64,000 nt of DNA from Mytilus trossulus. Taxonomy: Eukaryota. Positions within the stretch are counted from its first letter, which is position 1. Every line of letters starts with the position of its first letter. The stretch spans positions 23,188,001 to 23,252,000 of the forward strand of contig NC_086378.1 of the NCBI RefSeq assembly GCF_036588685.1, given 5' to 3'. A program made the translations under genes and the position numbers. The notes below the pieces were generated by a model. The model worked only from the letters and a program-made list of their open reading frames with translations, made no database searches and had not been told where the DNA came from. Of the stretch, positions 13,660 through 26,873 are shown piece after piece.

Positions 13660-14445
13660 ATTAACTGTATTTTTGTGACAAAAATGTCGGTCATTAATTT
13701 GGGGATGTACGGCGGCCGGGCGGTCGGTCGGGCTGGCGGCAATCAAATGTTGTCCGTGCATTAACTCATGAACTGTATAACCAAAGCTTTTAAAATTTTA
13801 ATATATTGTTACTGACAACTAAATGAAGGTCAAGTTCAATAATGGAGATTTTGACTTTTACTGTTCAGGAGTTATGGTTCTTGAAAGATTGAAAAATGGA
13901 GTTTCCAGTCGTGTCCGTGCTTTTACTCATGAACTGTTCTACCAAAGCTTTCCAAATTTTAATATGTTTTTACTGATGACAAAGTGGAGGTCAAGTTCAA
14001 TAATGACGATTTTGACTTTTACCGTTCAGGAGTTATATATGGTTCTTGAAAGATTGAAAAATGGAGTTTCCAGTCGTGTCCGTGCATTTACTCATGAACT
14101 GTTCTACCAAAGCTTCCCAAATTTTAATATGTTGTTACTGATGACAAAATAGAGGTCGAGTTCAATAATGACGATTTTTTTAAACTTTTACCGTTCAGGA
14201 GTTATTGGTCTTGAAAGATTGTAAAATAGCGTTTCCATTCACGTTGTTGCATTTACTCATGAACCATTCAATCTAAGCTTTTCAAATTTTAATATGTTGA
14301 TACTGATGACAAAATGGAGGTCAAATTTGATATTGACGATTTTCACTTTCACTATTCTTCAGTAATGGTTCTTGTGATATTACCAGGAAACAAAAAAATA
14401 TAAATAAATCCGGTTTGCTGTCTTCGTGACAGCCTCTTGTTGAGT
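13660..14445 (+). mobile_element. HINE-like element carrying about 4 tandem 161-167-bp units
   Basis: 5' inverted repeat (atttttg-tga-caaaaat), GGCG-type microsatellite, units at 13751/13912/14077/~14244, and 3' hairpin gctgtc-ttcgt-gacagc. A partial copy is at 11235-11490. Confidence 0.75.
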
Positions 14446-17040
14446 GTTGTTTTTAAAAAATTGTGTGTCTCCATAACATTATACCATGAACATATTGTTG
14501 TTAATAATTAAAACAGAATTTAAGAATAAAATTTTCTCAGTTTTTGCCAAGTAGTATGGAAATAATATAGTTCAACTCTGATTTAACTTTTTCCAAATAT
14601 ATAAGCATATGAATAACTGGAGATGTGGGTTATAGGTCCATTGGACAGCATCTCAACAACACAAAACACAAGCATGACAAGACTTAATTTGAATACATTA
14701 AAAAGGGTGACTATATCTAAATGTATAGCCCAACAAATAAAGATTTGCTATCAACAACAAAAAAATAGTCATAAAATTAACTTGCAAATGCATTATTATT
14801 GTGCAAACAGGGTTAATAACCAGATTTTAAAATGAATACATTATGTCCACTTTCAGTGGTAGATTTTATGCATGAGATAATCCAGTATTATAACTGTTTT
14901 TACTACAATGACATTTATTTATGTCCTAAATTTAATGTTAAAATAAATATGGCATAAATTACCATACGAGAAATTCAAGCTCCATGTAGCTTCCAGTTTT
15001 TGTTGTCGAGCCTGTGATTTGTGTCGCAGAGAGCTCAACATAGGAAAAGCTAACTTCTCAAAAGCTTTATATTTAAGAAGGTGGAAGACCTGGATGCTTA
15101 TATACTTTGTCAGTCACATGTCTAATGTCCCTGACCTCGTTTTTATGGTTCAGTGACTACTTAAAAAAAAAGATTTTTTGAAATGTTAAATTCTCTCTTA
15201 TATGTCTTATTATAAGTAATAATGGGATAACTATATTTGGTATTTGCCTACCTTGCAATGTATTTTTTTTTAATTGATTTTTGTTTGTTTGTTATGCTGA
15301 ATATATTAATCTAACCATGAATTAAGGTTTTGAGCCCCATTATAAAATTAGTGGGCATTGAAGTCCTAAGGGTCAAAAACTAAACTTAATTAGTTTTCAT
15401 CAATCTAGGGTTAACATGGTTAAATTCTCATGGTTCTTTGATATGCTGAGTCTCACCATGTATTTATATTTTGGATATTATACCATATTTCATGTACATG
15501 TACATATTAGAGAAATATCCAGTTTTAAAATTTAAATTTCTTAGTCCACATTCATTATGTGCCAGAAATCAAGTTGTGTCATATATATAATAACAATCCA
15601 AATTGAGAGCTGTGCCATGCTTGAATGTTGTGTCCATTTTTGTTCATAGTTCCACCTCTAGGGTAGTATCTAGCTGCACCCAACCATGCCAACAGAACAT
15701 TTTATTTTGGAAGGAACAAACTTTATAAAAAAAATGTTATAGATACAATGTAAATAAACAGTGATTTCATGGATTTTCTTGTTGTATTACACTTGTGTCA
15801 TGATTGACGAAATGAAAGACAGACCATATTCATACTTGATGATGTCATAAAAAAGTTCAAGTCTGCAATAACTCTGGATGGGTGGATGTCCCGCAAGATC
15901 TCATTTCCCGTTTTCACGACACAATAATTTGACTTTCACGTTTCACGCTTACAAAAAATGGGCAATCCCTCATCACGCTTAGACCCCACTTTCAATGGCA
16001 TTTTTTTTATATTATCTGCAAAAACTTTTCCCAAAGAACCATACAGTACTTCTATCTGGTATTTTTTACTATAAGTGTTAAACCTTGAACGTAAATGATA
16101 TGAACTCACAAAGTCTTATATTAATATAGGTAGGGGGTACTGACTGACCTAATAAGAGGTGGGGGAGGGGGGCTCAAGTCATGCTTGAGTGCTTCCCTAT
16201 ATATTACAAACATTTTCCAGGGAGGGGGCTGGGTCACCCTGGATCCGACTTTGAACTGATGAATGAATAAAAGACTTCCATTTATGTTCATAATTTCCTT
16301 TAATGTTGTGTGAGAAAAGGAAACATGAAAAGGCTTGCATAACTTTGTAGACCAAACTTTTTCTGTTGACAACCGCATATTCAAATAAAAATCATTTGTA
16401 CCTGTTTATGTACATGTTGCCGCGTTTGGGCTTGTTTTTCCCTTTGGAGTTAGGACTATACGCCTAACATACATTTCAATTATATTTCTGATTCATGTTT
16501 CCCTCCATGTTTACTTTCCAAAGGGTTGGGGAAGATAACTTAGATAAGAATGCACACATAATAAAGGTCCTATCGTGGACGTAAATTTAATGCTCATTTT
16601 TTATGAAAAGTTGTTTAAATTTTGGGAAGATATTTAAAAATTGACGTTTTTCAAACCGGTAACTAATGGTTCTAAGGAAATTATTTGCGTAGATATTCGT
16701 TTGATGGAGTAAAGGAAAATAGTTCGGAAGGAAACGATCACTGTACGGAGTTAGGTTCCGCGTCTGCATTTTATGATAATAATCGTCGGTGAATTTTTAA
16801 AAGCCGAAGATTATGAAAAGCCGTAGATTTTTAAAAAGCCGAAGATTTTGAAAAGCCGTAGATTTTGAAAAGCCGTAGATATTGAAAAGCCGATGATTTT
16901 GAAAAGCCGTAGATTTTAAAAAGCCGTAGATTTTAAAAAGCCGAAGATTTTGAAAAGCCGTAGATATTGAAAAGCCGATGATTTTGAAAAGCCGTAGATT
17001 TTAAAAAGCCGAAGAGTTTGAACAGCCGTAGATATTAAAA

Positions 17041-18591
17041 GGCAGTGGCTATTTGATCGGCACCGGCAAAATAGCAAATTTGCTATTTGACCGGCACCGG
17101 CAAAATAGCAAATTTGCTATTTAGCCGGCTCTGATTAAATTATATCTAATTGGAATTAAAATTTTAGAATAATAATTAAATATCAAAATTTTCTATTAAA
17201 AACTTTTGTTACTGTTGCTCATATAAACACTTAAACTTCTTATCTAAAAAAAAAATTAAAAAAATGTGTACACATCGAAAATTTGACAAAAATAAAAATA
17301 TGGTGAATCTATTATGAATAGAAGTGAAGTAATAAGATAAATTAAACAGTAAAATATAAATATGATAATAGTCACTTTGTAGCTATACTACATTCCGGAA
17401 ACTTGTATACTCTTTTGAGTCTTTTCATTTACGGAACCAGCATTGTGATTGTGTTGCCGATGCAATCATAGAATGGTCTTTCAGTACCATGAGAAGACTT
17501 GAGAAATACAATTATAATCAAGCGATTATCTGGCTTGGTCTTCACAATAAAAATTTCATCAGACACATAATTTTCAGTATAAGAAGGAAATGTTCCTGGA
17601 TTTTTAGAATTATAATTGAGAATGAAAAGGTGAAAAAAGACTAAAACAAAGAGAAATGTAATTGTATTTATTTAAGTCTTTTTCTCATTTTGAAAAATAG
17701 CATGTAAGTTGCACAGACGCTGCTCCTTATTATCCAATCTAGCTCAACTTGGCCAATACACATTAGAAGTTTGTTTTTCTCTATTTATTTGTTTTCTTGA
17801 ATTTATTATATGATATTTATGAGGTCATGTATATTAAGTTCCAGGAAATTGCGAGAATGCAGAATTTTTCACTATTAACACCAGAGCTTCCAGGGGCCTT
17901 GAGGGACCCCAAGACCCCTCGCCATATGACTTACCCCCAGCTTTGAGTACACATCATTTTGGCCTAGCTACACCCCTGACTGGTTAGAGCGTATACAAAA
18001 AGAGCCCTGTCTACATATGTAACATATGCACACAAGATGTAGATTCAAAGGAAGCCAGTGTAATGTGTAGTTCCTGTTTTGAGTGGCAATATTTATCTTG
18101 TGCTAGACTAAACAACTCCCAAAGGCAAAGAATTGGTTTTGTAACAATTGCAAATGTTAAATCATGTGTCCATTTGAAATTCATAGCAAACAACTATTAA
18201 TATTGTCTGTCATATCTGTTTTATGATGTAGTTTTGCATAACACTTTTTTTTATCACTGGCAGAAAATTTAAACCATAGATTTTACACAGATTTAAATTT
18301 GAAAATCAACATTTTGTTATAAATATTATAGAAAAAATATATTTAATAATGTATTTACAAATGTGTTTTCATGCTTTTAATTAATATCATAAAGTTATAA
18401 ATTATTTATTTATGAAAATCTTTTATTTTTTATTGTACTTTATTTTGGATGCTTGATATTGTGATAAAATGATTTTAAATAATTATTAAGCTTTTTTATT
18501 CTCCACTTATCACATCAATGAACAGTTTTATTTAGTGCCGGTCAAATAGCAAATTTGCTATTTTGCCGGTGCCGGTCAAATAGCCACTGCC
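17041..18591. mobile_element. Non-autonomous TIR DNA transposon, 1551 bp, 9-bp TSD (Mutator-like signature)
   Basis: About 57-bp TIRs ggcagtggctatttga(t/c)cggcaccggcaaaatagcaaatttgctatttgaccggcac. Flanks are atattaaaa (17032-17040) and atattgaaa (18592-18600). Confidence 0.85.
17440..17978 (+). mobile_element. hAT transposon 3' relic inside the TIR element
   Basis: Frameshifted peptide IEWSFSTMRRL...KRLSGL resembles the hAT C-terminal dimerisation motif. The segment ends in ctagctacacccctg, a CAG-type terminus. Confidence 0.5.
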
Positions 18592-20125
18592 ATATTGAAA
18601 AGCCGATGATTTTGAAAAGCCATAGATTTTAAAAAGCCGAAGATTTTGAAAAGCCGAAGATTTTGAAAAGCCGTAGATTTTGAAAAGCCGTAGATATTGA
18701 AAAGCCGAAGATTTTAAAAAGCCGACGATTTTGAAAAGCCGTAGATTTTGAAAAGCCGAAGATTTTGAAAAAGCCGAAGATTGTAAAATTTATAATAATC
18801 GCTGGGATTGTCAAAGCCGAAGATTTATTTGTATCCATGTATTTTTCAGGGGGAACAAAAATAATAATAATAATAATCGGGGGGTTCATTGTGGCTATCC
18901 ATAACATACAGACTGCATAAACAATGTGTACTTGCAGTAACCATCTATCTCTTATAATGAAGCGTAAATGTTACAAAGTTTATCGGACATTATGAATAAT
19001 GAATAAATACTATGTGATAGTAACAGGCTGTACGGTCAGTTCGGATTAGTTATTGTAGTATGATTAACTAATGAAAACATTCTTTTTTAAAAGAGGTCAC
19101 AAGTGTAGCATCGAAAAACAAAAGATATTATACAAATCTGATCTAACAAGTCATTTTTTTTCAACTTTTGAATGGTTTAACACTAGTCATTTTTGAGTCC
19201 TTTATTGCTTGCTGTTTAGTGTGAAGACCGTATTTTGACCTATAATGGTTTTAATTTTACAAATTGTGACTTAGATGAAAAGTTGTCTCATTTGCACTCA
19301 TATCACATCTTCTTATATCCATGAGCACAAAAAATTACATGTATATGTAATCAAGGATCTGTAAAAGTGATATAAGAAATTATAGAATTGCATCGTATCA
19401 AATTTTAAAACTTTATCTTTTGTGTCGTTTGTTTCTTCTTATATTTGAGTGTGAATTCACATTATTATAAGACATGTCCCTGTTCTTTTCTTTCCCAAAT
19501 TCATGTATTTAGTTTTGATGTTATACTTGTTATTTTCATCGGATTCTGTCTAATGCTTAGTTCGTTTCTGTGTGTTACATTTTTATGATGTGTCGTCATT
19601 CTCTTATATTTAATGCGTTTCCCTCAGTTTTTGGTTAATGACCCGATTTTTTTTTCTATCGATTTATGAGTTTTGAACATCGGTATACTACTGTTGACTT
19701 TATTTATCTATATGGTCCGAACAATTTGCAACAGTACACTTTTTGATCTTTAAAAATTTCGAGCAGGAGCGTCGAGAACACGAAAAGACTGAAATTAAGA
19801 GTGATTTTCCAAAACTAGTCAATGTAAATGGACAATTTTTTCAAGATACTCGAAGTATAATTACAATCTTAATTTTCTTCATATGTACTATGTAGACTGT
19901 TTTTGTCTGTTTATTTTACTTCTTTGTCTGTCTCTCTTTGGTTCATTCTTTGTTATTGGCGCTTGACATTTTCTCTATGTTCCTGGTTTATAGGTTTCAC
20001 AAACGCATCATCAGATGATATGATGAGATATAGAACAAGATATATATCTCACTATGTACATTCATTTCATCTCTTTCATTATCCTTTGTGTAAATAAAGA
20101 ATATCACTTTTCCTCTGTTCTATGC

Positions 20126-20271
20126 TCATGCTATGTTCAATTCTTTCCTTTGTTCGTCCTTTTTAATGCATGGAAAATGTAACACCATGTGACAGACTGC
20201 ACTCAATAAGTACATTCCTCCCCCAAGGTAAAATGAAGCATCGTAGTTACTGGTTGCTTGGAAAACTGCAC
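20126..20271 (-). CDS. SLC16/MCT transporter, last coding exon
   Basis: ttttgcag|GT GCA GTT...; GAVFQATSNYDASFYLGGGMYLLSAVCHMVLHFPCIKKDEQRKELNIA*; phase 1. Confidence 0.85.
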
Positions 20272-20512
20272 CTGCAAAACAAGACTGCATGTTGATTTTT
20301 AAAAATTAACAATTTATACATGTACGGGGATGTAGTATGATCAAATTCACTGAGACAAAAATCCACCAGAATACAAAGTTCGTGAACATAAGCAATTATA
20401 GATCATTGTAATGATCACTAATGCCTTAAAAACTAAAAACAAATATTTGGTATACTGGTCTTAAATTATGTAAAACACTTTCATAGTCTGATCAAACATG
20501 TCTTTGTATTGC

Positions 20513-20950
20513 ATAGAATCATATTCAAAACAGTGTAGCTGTGGCCATAGATTGACGACCGAAATTAGATGGGACAGATTGAGTGAACGTTTGTCTGTAA
20601 CGACCACAGCTCACGATGTTTTTAAAGACACTTCAACAGTTACTGTGGGGTCATCAAGGGTTCTCAACACCTAAATAAAATAATTTGAAAAACCAATCAG
20701 GATTTTGTTATGATTTATATCAATATTCAATATAAATGAAAACATAAAGGTTATTCATGATTAGTTTTTCGAAATATTTTATTAAAGCGTTGAGAACCTT
20801 TGGTTTAACTGTTTAACGTCTACAATAAGTATGTAGTGAGCAGTGATCATTACAGACAAACTTTCACCTAATCTGTCCCAGTCAATGGGATGGGATAATT
20901 TATTTCGTCATCCAATGGTCGTAGCTACACTGTTTTGAATATGATTCTAT
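20513..20950. mobile_element. Foldback MITE in the last MCT intron
   Basis: Perfect 28-bp TIR atagaatcatattcaaaacagtgtagct, with imperfect inverted symmetry over nearly the whole 438 bp. Confidence 0.85.
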
Positions 20951-21086
20951 TTATATTTCAACTATTTTATATAGATGTTAAGAAATTCCAAATTTTAGGG
21001 AAAAATTGTTATTTATTGGAGCAAATTGTTCGTTAAGATATATAATCGAATTAAACAAAACTGAAAACACTGTAGATGGAATTTTA

Positions 21087-21184
21087 ACACAGGCACTAGT
21101 CTCAGAATTGGTTTTCCGTATATACCTTAGTATAACACGTGTTATATTAAGGTATGTAGGCAAATCTGACACAAGTGCCTGTGA
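21087..21184. repeat. About 100-bp imperfect palindrome
   Basis: Centred on ataacacgtgttat (CACGTG at 21136-21141), outer arms acaggcact...agtgcctgt. Confidence 0.8.
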
Positions 21185-21230
21185 ATTTTAACCATATGAT
21201 AAACGAACTATATTGTGTTTTTAAACTTAC

Positions 21231-21356
21231 CTGCTAAAGGAGGACCGTATATGCCTGACACACCTCTGGCTAATATAAGTAGACCAAAAGCATTCGATAG
21301 TTTACCAATTCCAAGGAGATCACATATTATAGGAGAAGTCAGGGAAATATATGCAG
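21231..21356 (-). CDS. SLC16/MCT exon (126 nt)
   Basis: ttttcag| [43 protein letters not shown] |gtaagt. Confidence 0.9.
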
Positions 21357-22793
21357 CTGAAAATAAAAAGATAAACCTATTTCGGTCGACATATTTTTTT
21401 TTAAACAAAGAGACATTCCAAAGTCAGGAAAACGACATATCAAAGAAGGGAGATAATTCAAATCAGTCAATGCTGGGAGAGTGTTTTGGTTATCGTTCAA
21501 CGAAATTACTGCAGGGTACATAAGGTATGTTTCATGACAAACGAAGAATCTTTAACATGGCGGCGATTAAAATTCCTTTCCCATGAATTCTGGTGAAACT
21601 GCGGGAAACCTTCGAAAAAAATTGTAACAAGAACTGTTCTTTTCATACATTTACCGTTTGCAAACATACATTACTATACCGACACAATTTATTGGTCTAT
21701 AAAGAAAATATTGGGCGGGAAACGAGCACCTGACGAAACGACTTTCCAAACATCAGTCATCGCATTTGTCTTTAAGCAGGTAACTTATGGCGGACAGAGA
21801 AGTTCTGTTGGCCAAAAATGTATACCTCAGTCAACCGTTGAAGTATGTTACAAGAAGATAATATGATAAATACAGTAATCAGCTGACAATATGTGTTATT
21901 TTACAAATACAAATATGGTTATGTATCTGTATATCTTGGAATGTTTTTTTCTCAATTTTCCTCTTTCAAAATCTGTAAGCAACTTATTGGAAACATTGTA
22001 TAACGACAGCGTGCCAAATGTAAATCTAGTAGAACATTTTCGAAACCACTTATGGATCCATTTTTTTTAAATTGTGAAACAATTTAAAATGAAAACCATT
22101 AACATTCATTAGAATGACTATATGCTCTTATTGTACGTGTGATTTAACATTTACCGATCAAAACGATGGCAACAACATATTATTATCATTATTAAGCCCG
22201 GTTTGTCCGACATGTACTTATTGTAAACAAAGTAAACAATAAATTATTAGTATTGTTGTTATGCTTGGTATGCTTGACATTCTTAAATCTTAAACAATGG
22301 AAACAACAAAACATCATTGTTGTTGAAAACAGCTGTATTACATTAAGCATTGAATATTTTGGAACACTCATTCGAAAAATAGATTCTCTCAGAAATTATA
22401 TGATATATAAATACAGTTAGGAACAGTTTTTTCAAAATAAATTCTAAAAGACAGACATGACAGAGGACTGCTTTCAGTTACTGGCAGTTCATGTTGATAA
22501 AATGGCATACGCTATATTCAAAGATAAATTTCCACTGACCATCAAAATTCCCCATTCACTTCTACAACTGTTATATAGGCAAGCTTCTTATTGTAAAATT
22601 TGTGTTCGTCCTTAATATGTCGGTTATATTGAACACCTCGTGTTTCCATACACTAATCGGTCGACATTATCAAAATAAATGCTATTGATGTCAACTTTCC
22701 TCATTCGTCTCAACCCGGCCGATTCCGTACCCTCATCTTACTAGATAGAAGGAGAGTAGCGGATTCTACCGAGGATTGCCGAATGCAACTTAC

Positions 22794-22973
22794 CTATACA
22801 TAAACCATATATGACAGAAAATCCAACCAGCATTGCATAGGTTGTACAAAGTGGCTCCATAAACAAGACGACAGCGCTTAGTACTAGCATTGCATTGTTC
22901 AGAATTAATGGATTGACAAAACTGAGATCAGCGAGAAATCCACACAGGACCCTTCCTATGGTGTTGGTGATTC
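22794..22973 (-). CDS. SLC16/MCT exon (180 nt)
   Basis: catgcag| GITNTIGRVLCGFLADLSFVNPLILNNAMLVLSAVVLFMEPLCTTYAMLVGFSVIYGLCI |gtaagt. Confidence 0.9.
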
Positions 22974-24115
22974 CTGCATGGAAGATAAATTGGAAAATCG
23001 ATACTCAATTAGTAATCTCATTATCCATTTCTATAATTTATTATCAACTTCAATATTTTAGGTGAAAAAACATGTATGTAGCAATATAAATAAACATATA
23101 TGCGAGTACTCCCAGATCAGTACTTAATGTCTTTTTGTTGTTGGGATATACAAGTACCCGGCCACGTCCACTCTGTGTTTTTGTTAGATGTATTTCAATT
23201 TGTATCCATCTGTTGAGTTAAACCTTTTTCAACTTACTTTTATAGTTCGTTCTTACAGTGTAATGTTACACCACTGTCCAAGGTTATTGGAGGGTTGGGA
23301 TCCCGCTTACGTGTTTAACCCCGCCATATTCTGTATGTGTGTGCCTGTCTCAAGTCAGGAGCCTGTAATTCAGTTGTTGTTGTTTCTTGATTGGTTGCAT
23401 ATTTGTTTTTCTTTAATTTTTTGTACATAAATTATACCTTTAGTTTTCTCGTTTGAATTGTTTAACATTTGTCATACCAAGGCCTTTTATAGATGACTAT
23501 GCGGTATTGGTTTTGTTCATTGTTGAAAGCCGAACGGTAAGGTCTATTGTTGTGTATGTCTGTGTCATTAGAGTTGTCTCATTGGCAATCATACCTCATC
23601 TTCTTTCATATATATATATATATATATATATACGTTATAATCAGTTCTTTGTTAATATTCATTCCTATTAAACTGTTGTCAATAAGATATAACATGAAAC
23701 CAGTAGAACTGTTCACCGGGAACACCAGTTTAAGCGCTCCATTTTCAGTTTTATTTTTATTTTTCCCGCATAAGTGTGGATTAGTATTGCGGATCAGGCA
23801 CACATAAAAGCAGACGTTCACCTTGTCGATGCACCCGAACACTGCTTCTTGTGTATATCATGCGATACCCAAAGCTATGTTTTGTGTGTTTTTTAGTCTT
23901 AATTTGAATGATCTTCGTGGTTTGAATATCATGATTATTGTGTAAACAGAGGTTTGCACATATAGACTTTTCGATGTGCAATTATGCTTAGTATTTCTTT
24001 GAATGTGAGGAAAATGGACTTATCATTTTAATCTTAATCATTGGCAGATTTTGGGCGAAATTGGTCTTTAAGACAAGCTTGGTTTTCTAATAGCATACGA
24101 AAAAGTAATGAATAC

Positions 24116-25039
24116 CCATTATTGACAGCAGGAAAGCAGCATTAGAACTGGAAATACCCATCTGTACAGCCCTGTCCACTATATAGCAAAATGGTATGAA
24201 ATATCCAGTACAAGCAAAAACGTTCCCTATAGACAACATGAAAAACGAGATTTTCAACATTAATGAAAAGTCTAACATTTCCTTGAGAATATCAGTCACA
24301 GTTTTGGGCAAGCAGGTACATTTGTCCCAAAGTGAGGATCTCTCTGGTTCGTCTATTCCCGGAATAGATGTTATACTGGCTACATAACTATGGACATTAG
24401 GCTGAGATCTAAATTGTGGTATCCTGTCTATACTTCCACTGTAGAAAATATCTTTTTTGTACATTGGTCTTGCAAAGTCTATTCTGTGTTGCATCACTGA
24501 GAGTTGCGAATCAGCTCTACTTCGGGTTGTCCTAGGAATAATTTCTTTTATTATCAAAGGCTGGTATGTCTCTTTCATATTTGAAATGCTTTCATTACTT
24601 TTAGTGCTTACAAAATGAACTTCCGGTAAAGACCCTCTGCCGTTGGTAATTTTCCTTATAGACGGGTCTTTGCTTAGCAAATCTGTCATTATTTTTCTTT
24701 CATAAACATCTGGATCCGATTCTGTCCTTTGACGATTTTCCTCAGACATTTGTTTTGAATGTTTATTTAGTGTGTTGTTCTTACTTTGCTTTCTGGGTTT
24801 TACTTTCAGTGGCCGCATTAACATTCCACACACAACACCGTTTAAAATTATTCCAGATTGGATAAAAAGTAAGTTTCTCCAACCATACAGTCCCAACAAA
24901 TAGTCATTTAACGGTGAAAATACGAATGTCCCGATTCCGGAACCACACATCGCGATTCCCGTAGCAAGTGCTCGTCTCTTCTCGAAATAAAAACCGACTG
25001 TTAAAATAGATGGCAAGTAGATCAAACCAAAACCAAGAC
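24116..25039 (-). CDS. SLC16/MCT exon (924 nt; TM4-6, large loop, TM7-8)
   Basis: tttacag| GLGFGLIYLPSILTVGFYFEKRRALATGIAMCGSGIG...RPMYKKDIFYSGS...AAFLLSIM |gtattc. YFEKRRALA is the MCT family motif. Confidence 0.92.
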
Positions 25040-25513
25040 CTGTAAAACATAAATAATACGTGCACATAATTACAATTTTAAGTATACATGTATCTACATT
25101 TGTTTTCAAATGGTTTTCTTTTAACACAATTTTTAAAGTGTTTGCCCCGTTCATTTCGTTTGAAACCAGTAACCATTTTGAAACGAGTGTGACTATCAAT
25201 GCACTTTAACTGAAATTCAAATATGTATATTCACTGAATCAAAGCTATACATTTATGTAACTTTATTTCATAATCATCATATTGACAAATTTAATGCTAT
25301 ATGATTTTTTTTGTCTGTAAATATAAAAATCGAATGCATTTTTGTAAGTTTTAAGCAAATAAAAAACAGTCGACGTTATATCTGAATTTAAATTGCCTTT
25401 GTAAAACTTGTTCACAATACGAAAAAGAAGATGGGGTATGATTGCCAATGAGACAACTCTCCACAAGAGACCAAAATGACACAGAAATTAACAACTGTTT
25501 GTATTGTGTTTAA

Positions 25514-26078
25514 GGAGGCTCGCGGGTATAAGATTTTCAGAAAAAAATAAACTTATTTTTCATTACAAATTTTATCTATAACCTTTAGTAGTTGTTACTT
25601 AATCATATGGTACGAAAATCTTTCCAAAAATCGATTTGCATTAGCTCCATGTGACTTTTAAAATGCAGATACATGTATCATTGAAAAAGCTCCAAATTAC
25701 CTCCCTTTGGTTGCAAAAATGCCATTTTTTGGCACTTAAATTGAAATATCTTTTTAACTCATCGGTGACCTATATTTTTTATTATTGTTTTCGAATAAAC
25801 TGTACATAAACTAAATAACTATAAAATTTTAGCGATTTCTGTTATTTAGTTCTTTTTTTTATTTCGATATTACCGCTATTTCTCCTATTAGTTCAACAGA
25901 AAAAAAGGATATTTACGAAAATGAATGTTTCTTTCGAAGGCAGATTGTGAGCGTAAATGAACGATGACCCCATCTTTTTATTTCAATTTTCTTTTAAGTT
26001 TAAGATAAATTAATTTATAGAAAAATAAAGTGAAATCCTATATTAAATTAAAAAAAATATTTAGACCCGCGAGCCCCC
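25514..26078. mobile_element. MITE with GG..CC termini at a TTAA-like site (Kolobok-like)
   Basis: TIRs ggaggctcgcgggtataa / ttagacccgcgagcccc; flanks ttaa and ttca. Confidence 0.75.
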
Positions 26079-26729
26079 TTCAAAACGCGTTAACTATTTG
26101 GATCAACTGTGAATGTGAGACCCATACTTATCCATGTTATCCACTGGGTTTTTTTTCAAATCCAATGAAAGAGGATTTTCAATATAAATGTAATCACCAT
26201 TTTTGTATATAAAATTAACTACTTCATTGTTTTTACTTTGAATTTCAAGTTTATGTTGTTCATTTATTTTTCGTTTGCAATGTAATTTGCTTTTTATTTG
26301 TGTTCCCATTTTTGTCTTTTGTTGAAGGGCTTTGACTTTAGTCAAAATTTTTAAACGAGTTTTAAATACAGTTCAGATTCGACAACGACAAAACGTGCGA
26401 GTTAAAAAAAATGAATACTGATTGTTGTAGTGTTGTAAAAGTATGCCTATCATCAAAAGTTCAGCAACGTATTGTCGTATTGTCATATTCGGGAACAAAT
26501 TATTAGGTTGATGATTTTTTCTTTGTTTTTTCTTTCTTTTTAGATATGGCAGGAACTTCTTATACCGTGCAGATTTGGTACGTTTAAAAGACTACATGCA
26601 TTTAAATATATGTACATGAATATTAAAGCAAATATTAGACGAACAAAAATGTAGAAAGTGTTTTTTTTTTACATCCGACGTGAGTTTTTGTTTCGTTTGG
26701 ACTGTGGACTGTGGACCGTAGAATGTTAC

Positions 26730-26873
26730 CTCCAAGAACTCCATATGTCAATATAAGTATGTTAAGGTTAGGAGCGAAGGATCCTAATAAAAATCCAACC
26801 GAGGCTATTATACTTCCTGCTATTGTGACTGGACGACAACCAAATTTATTCACAAGACCACTGGCTATGGGAC
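26730..26873 (-). CDS. SLC16/MCT exon (144 nt)
   Basis: ttttgtag| [48 protein letters not shown] |gtaaca. Confidence 0.9.

Larger units (their letters stand above)
16795..18825. repeat. 17-bp minisatellite (attttgaaaagccg[ta]ag) split by an insertion
   Basis: Period-17 arrays at 16795-17040 and 18592-18825. Confidence 0.9.

Noticed and set aside
13823-14152. 109-aa ORF with an internal repeat
   Set aside because: It is a translation of the tandem units of a non-autonomous element.
16795-18825. CRISPR-like array or repetitive protein (ORF 18629-18907)
   Set aside because: Contiguous 17-bp units with no spacers, eukaryotic context and no cas genes. The ORF is a repeat artefact.
25040-25199. 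ORF-track N-terminal extension of the MCT exon (similarly 60289-60363 and 38352-38384)
   Set aside because: These lie beyond canonical splice sites and lack homology, so they are intronic read-through.
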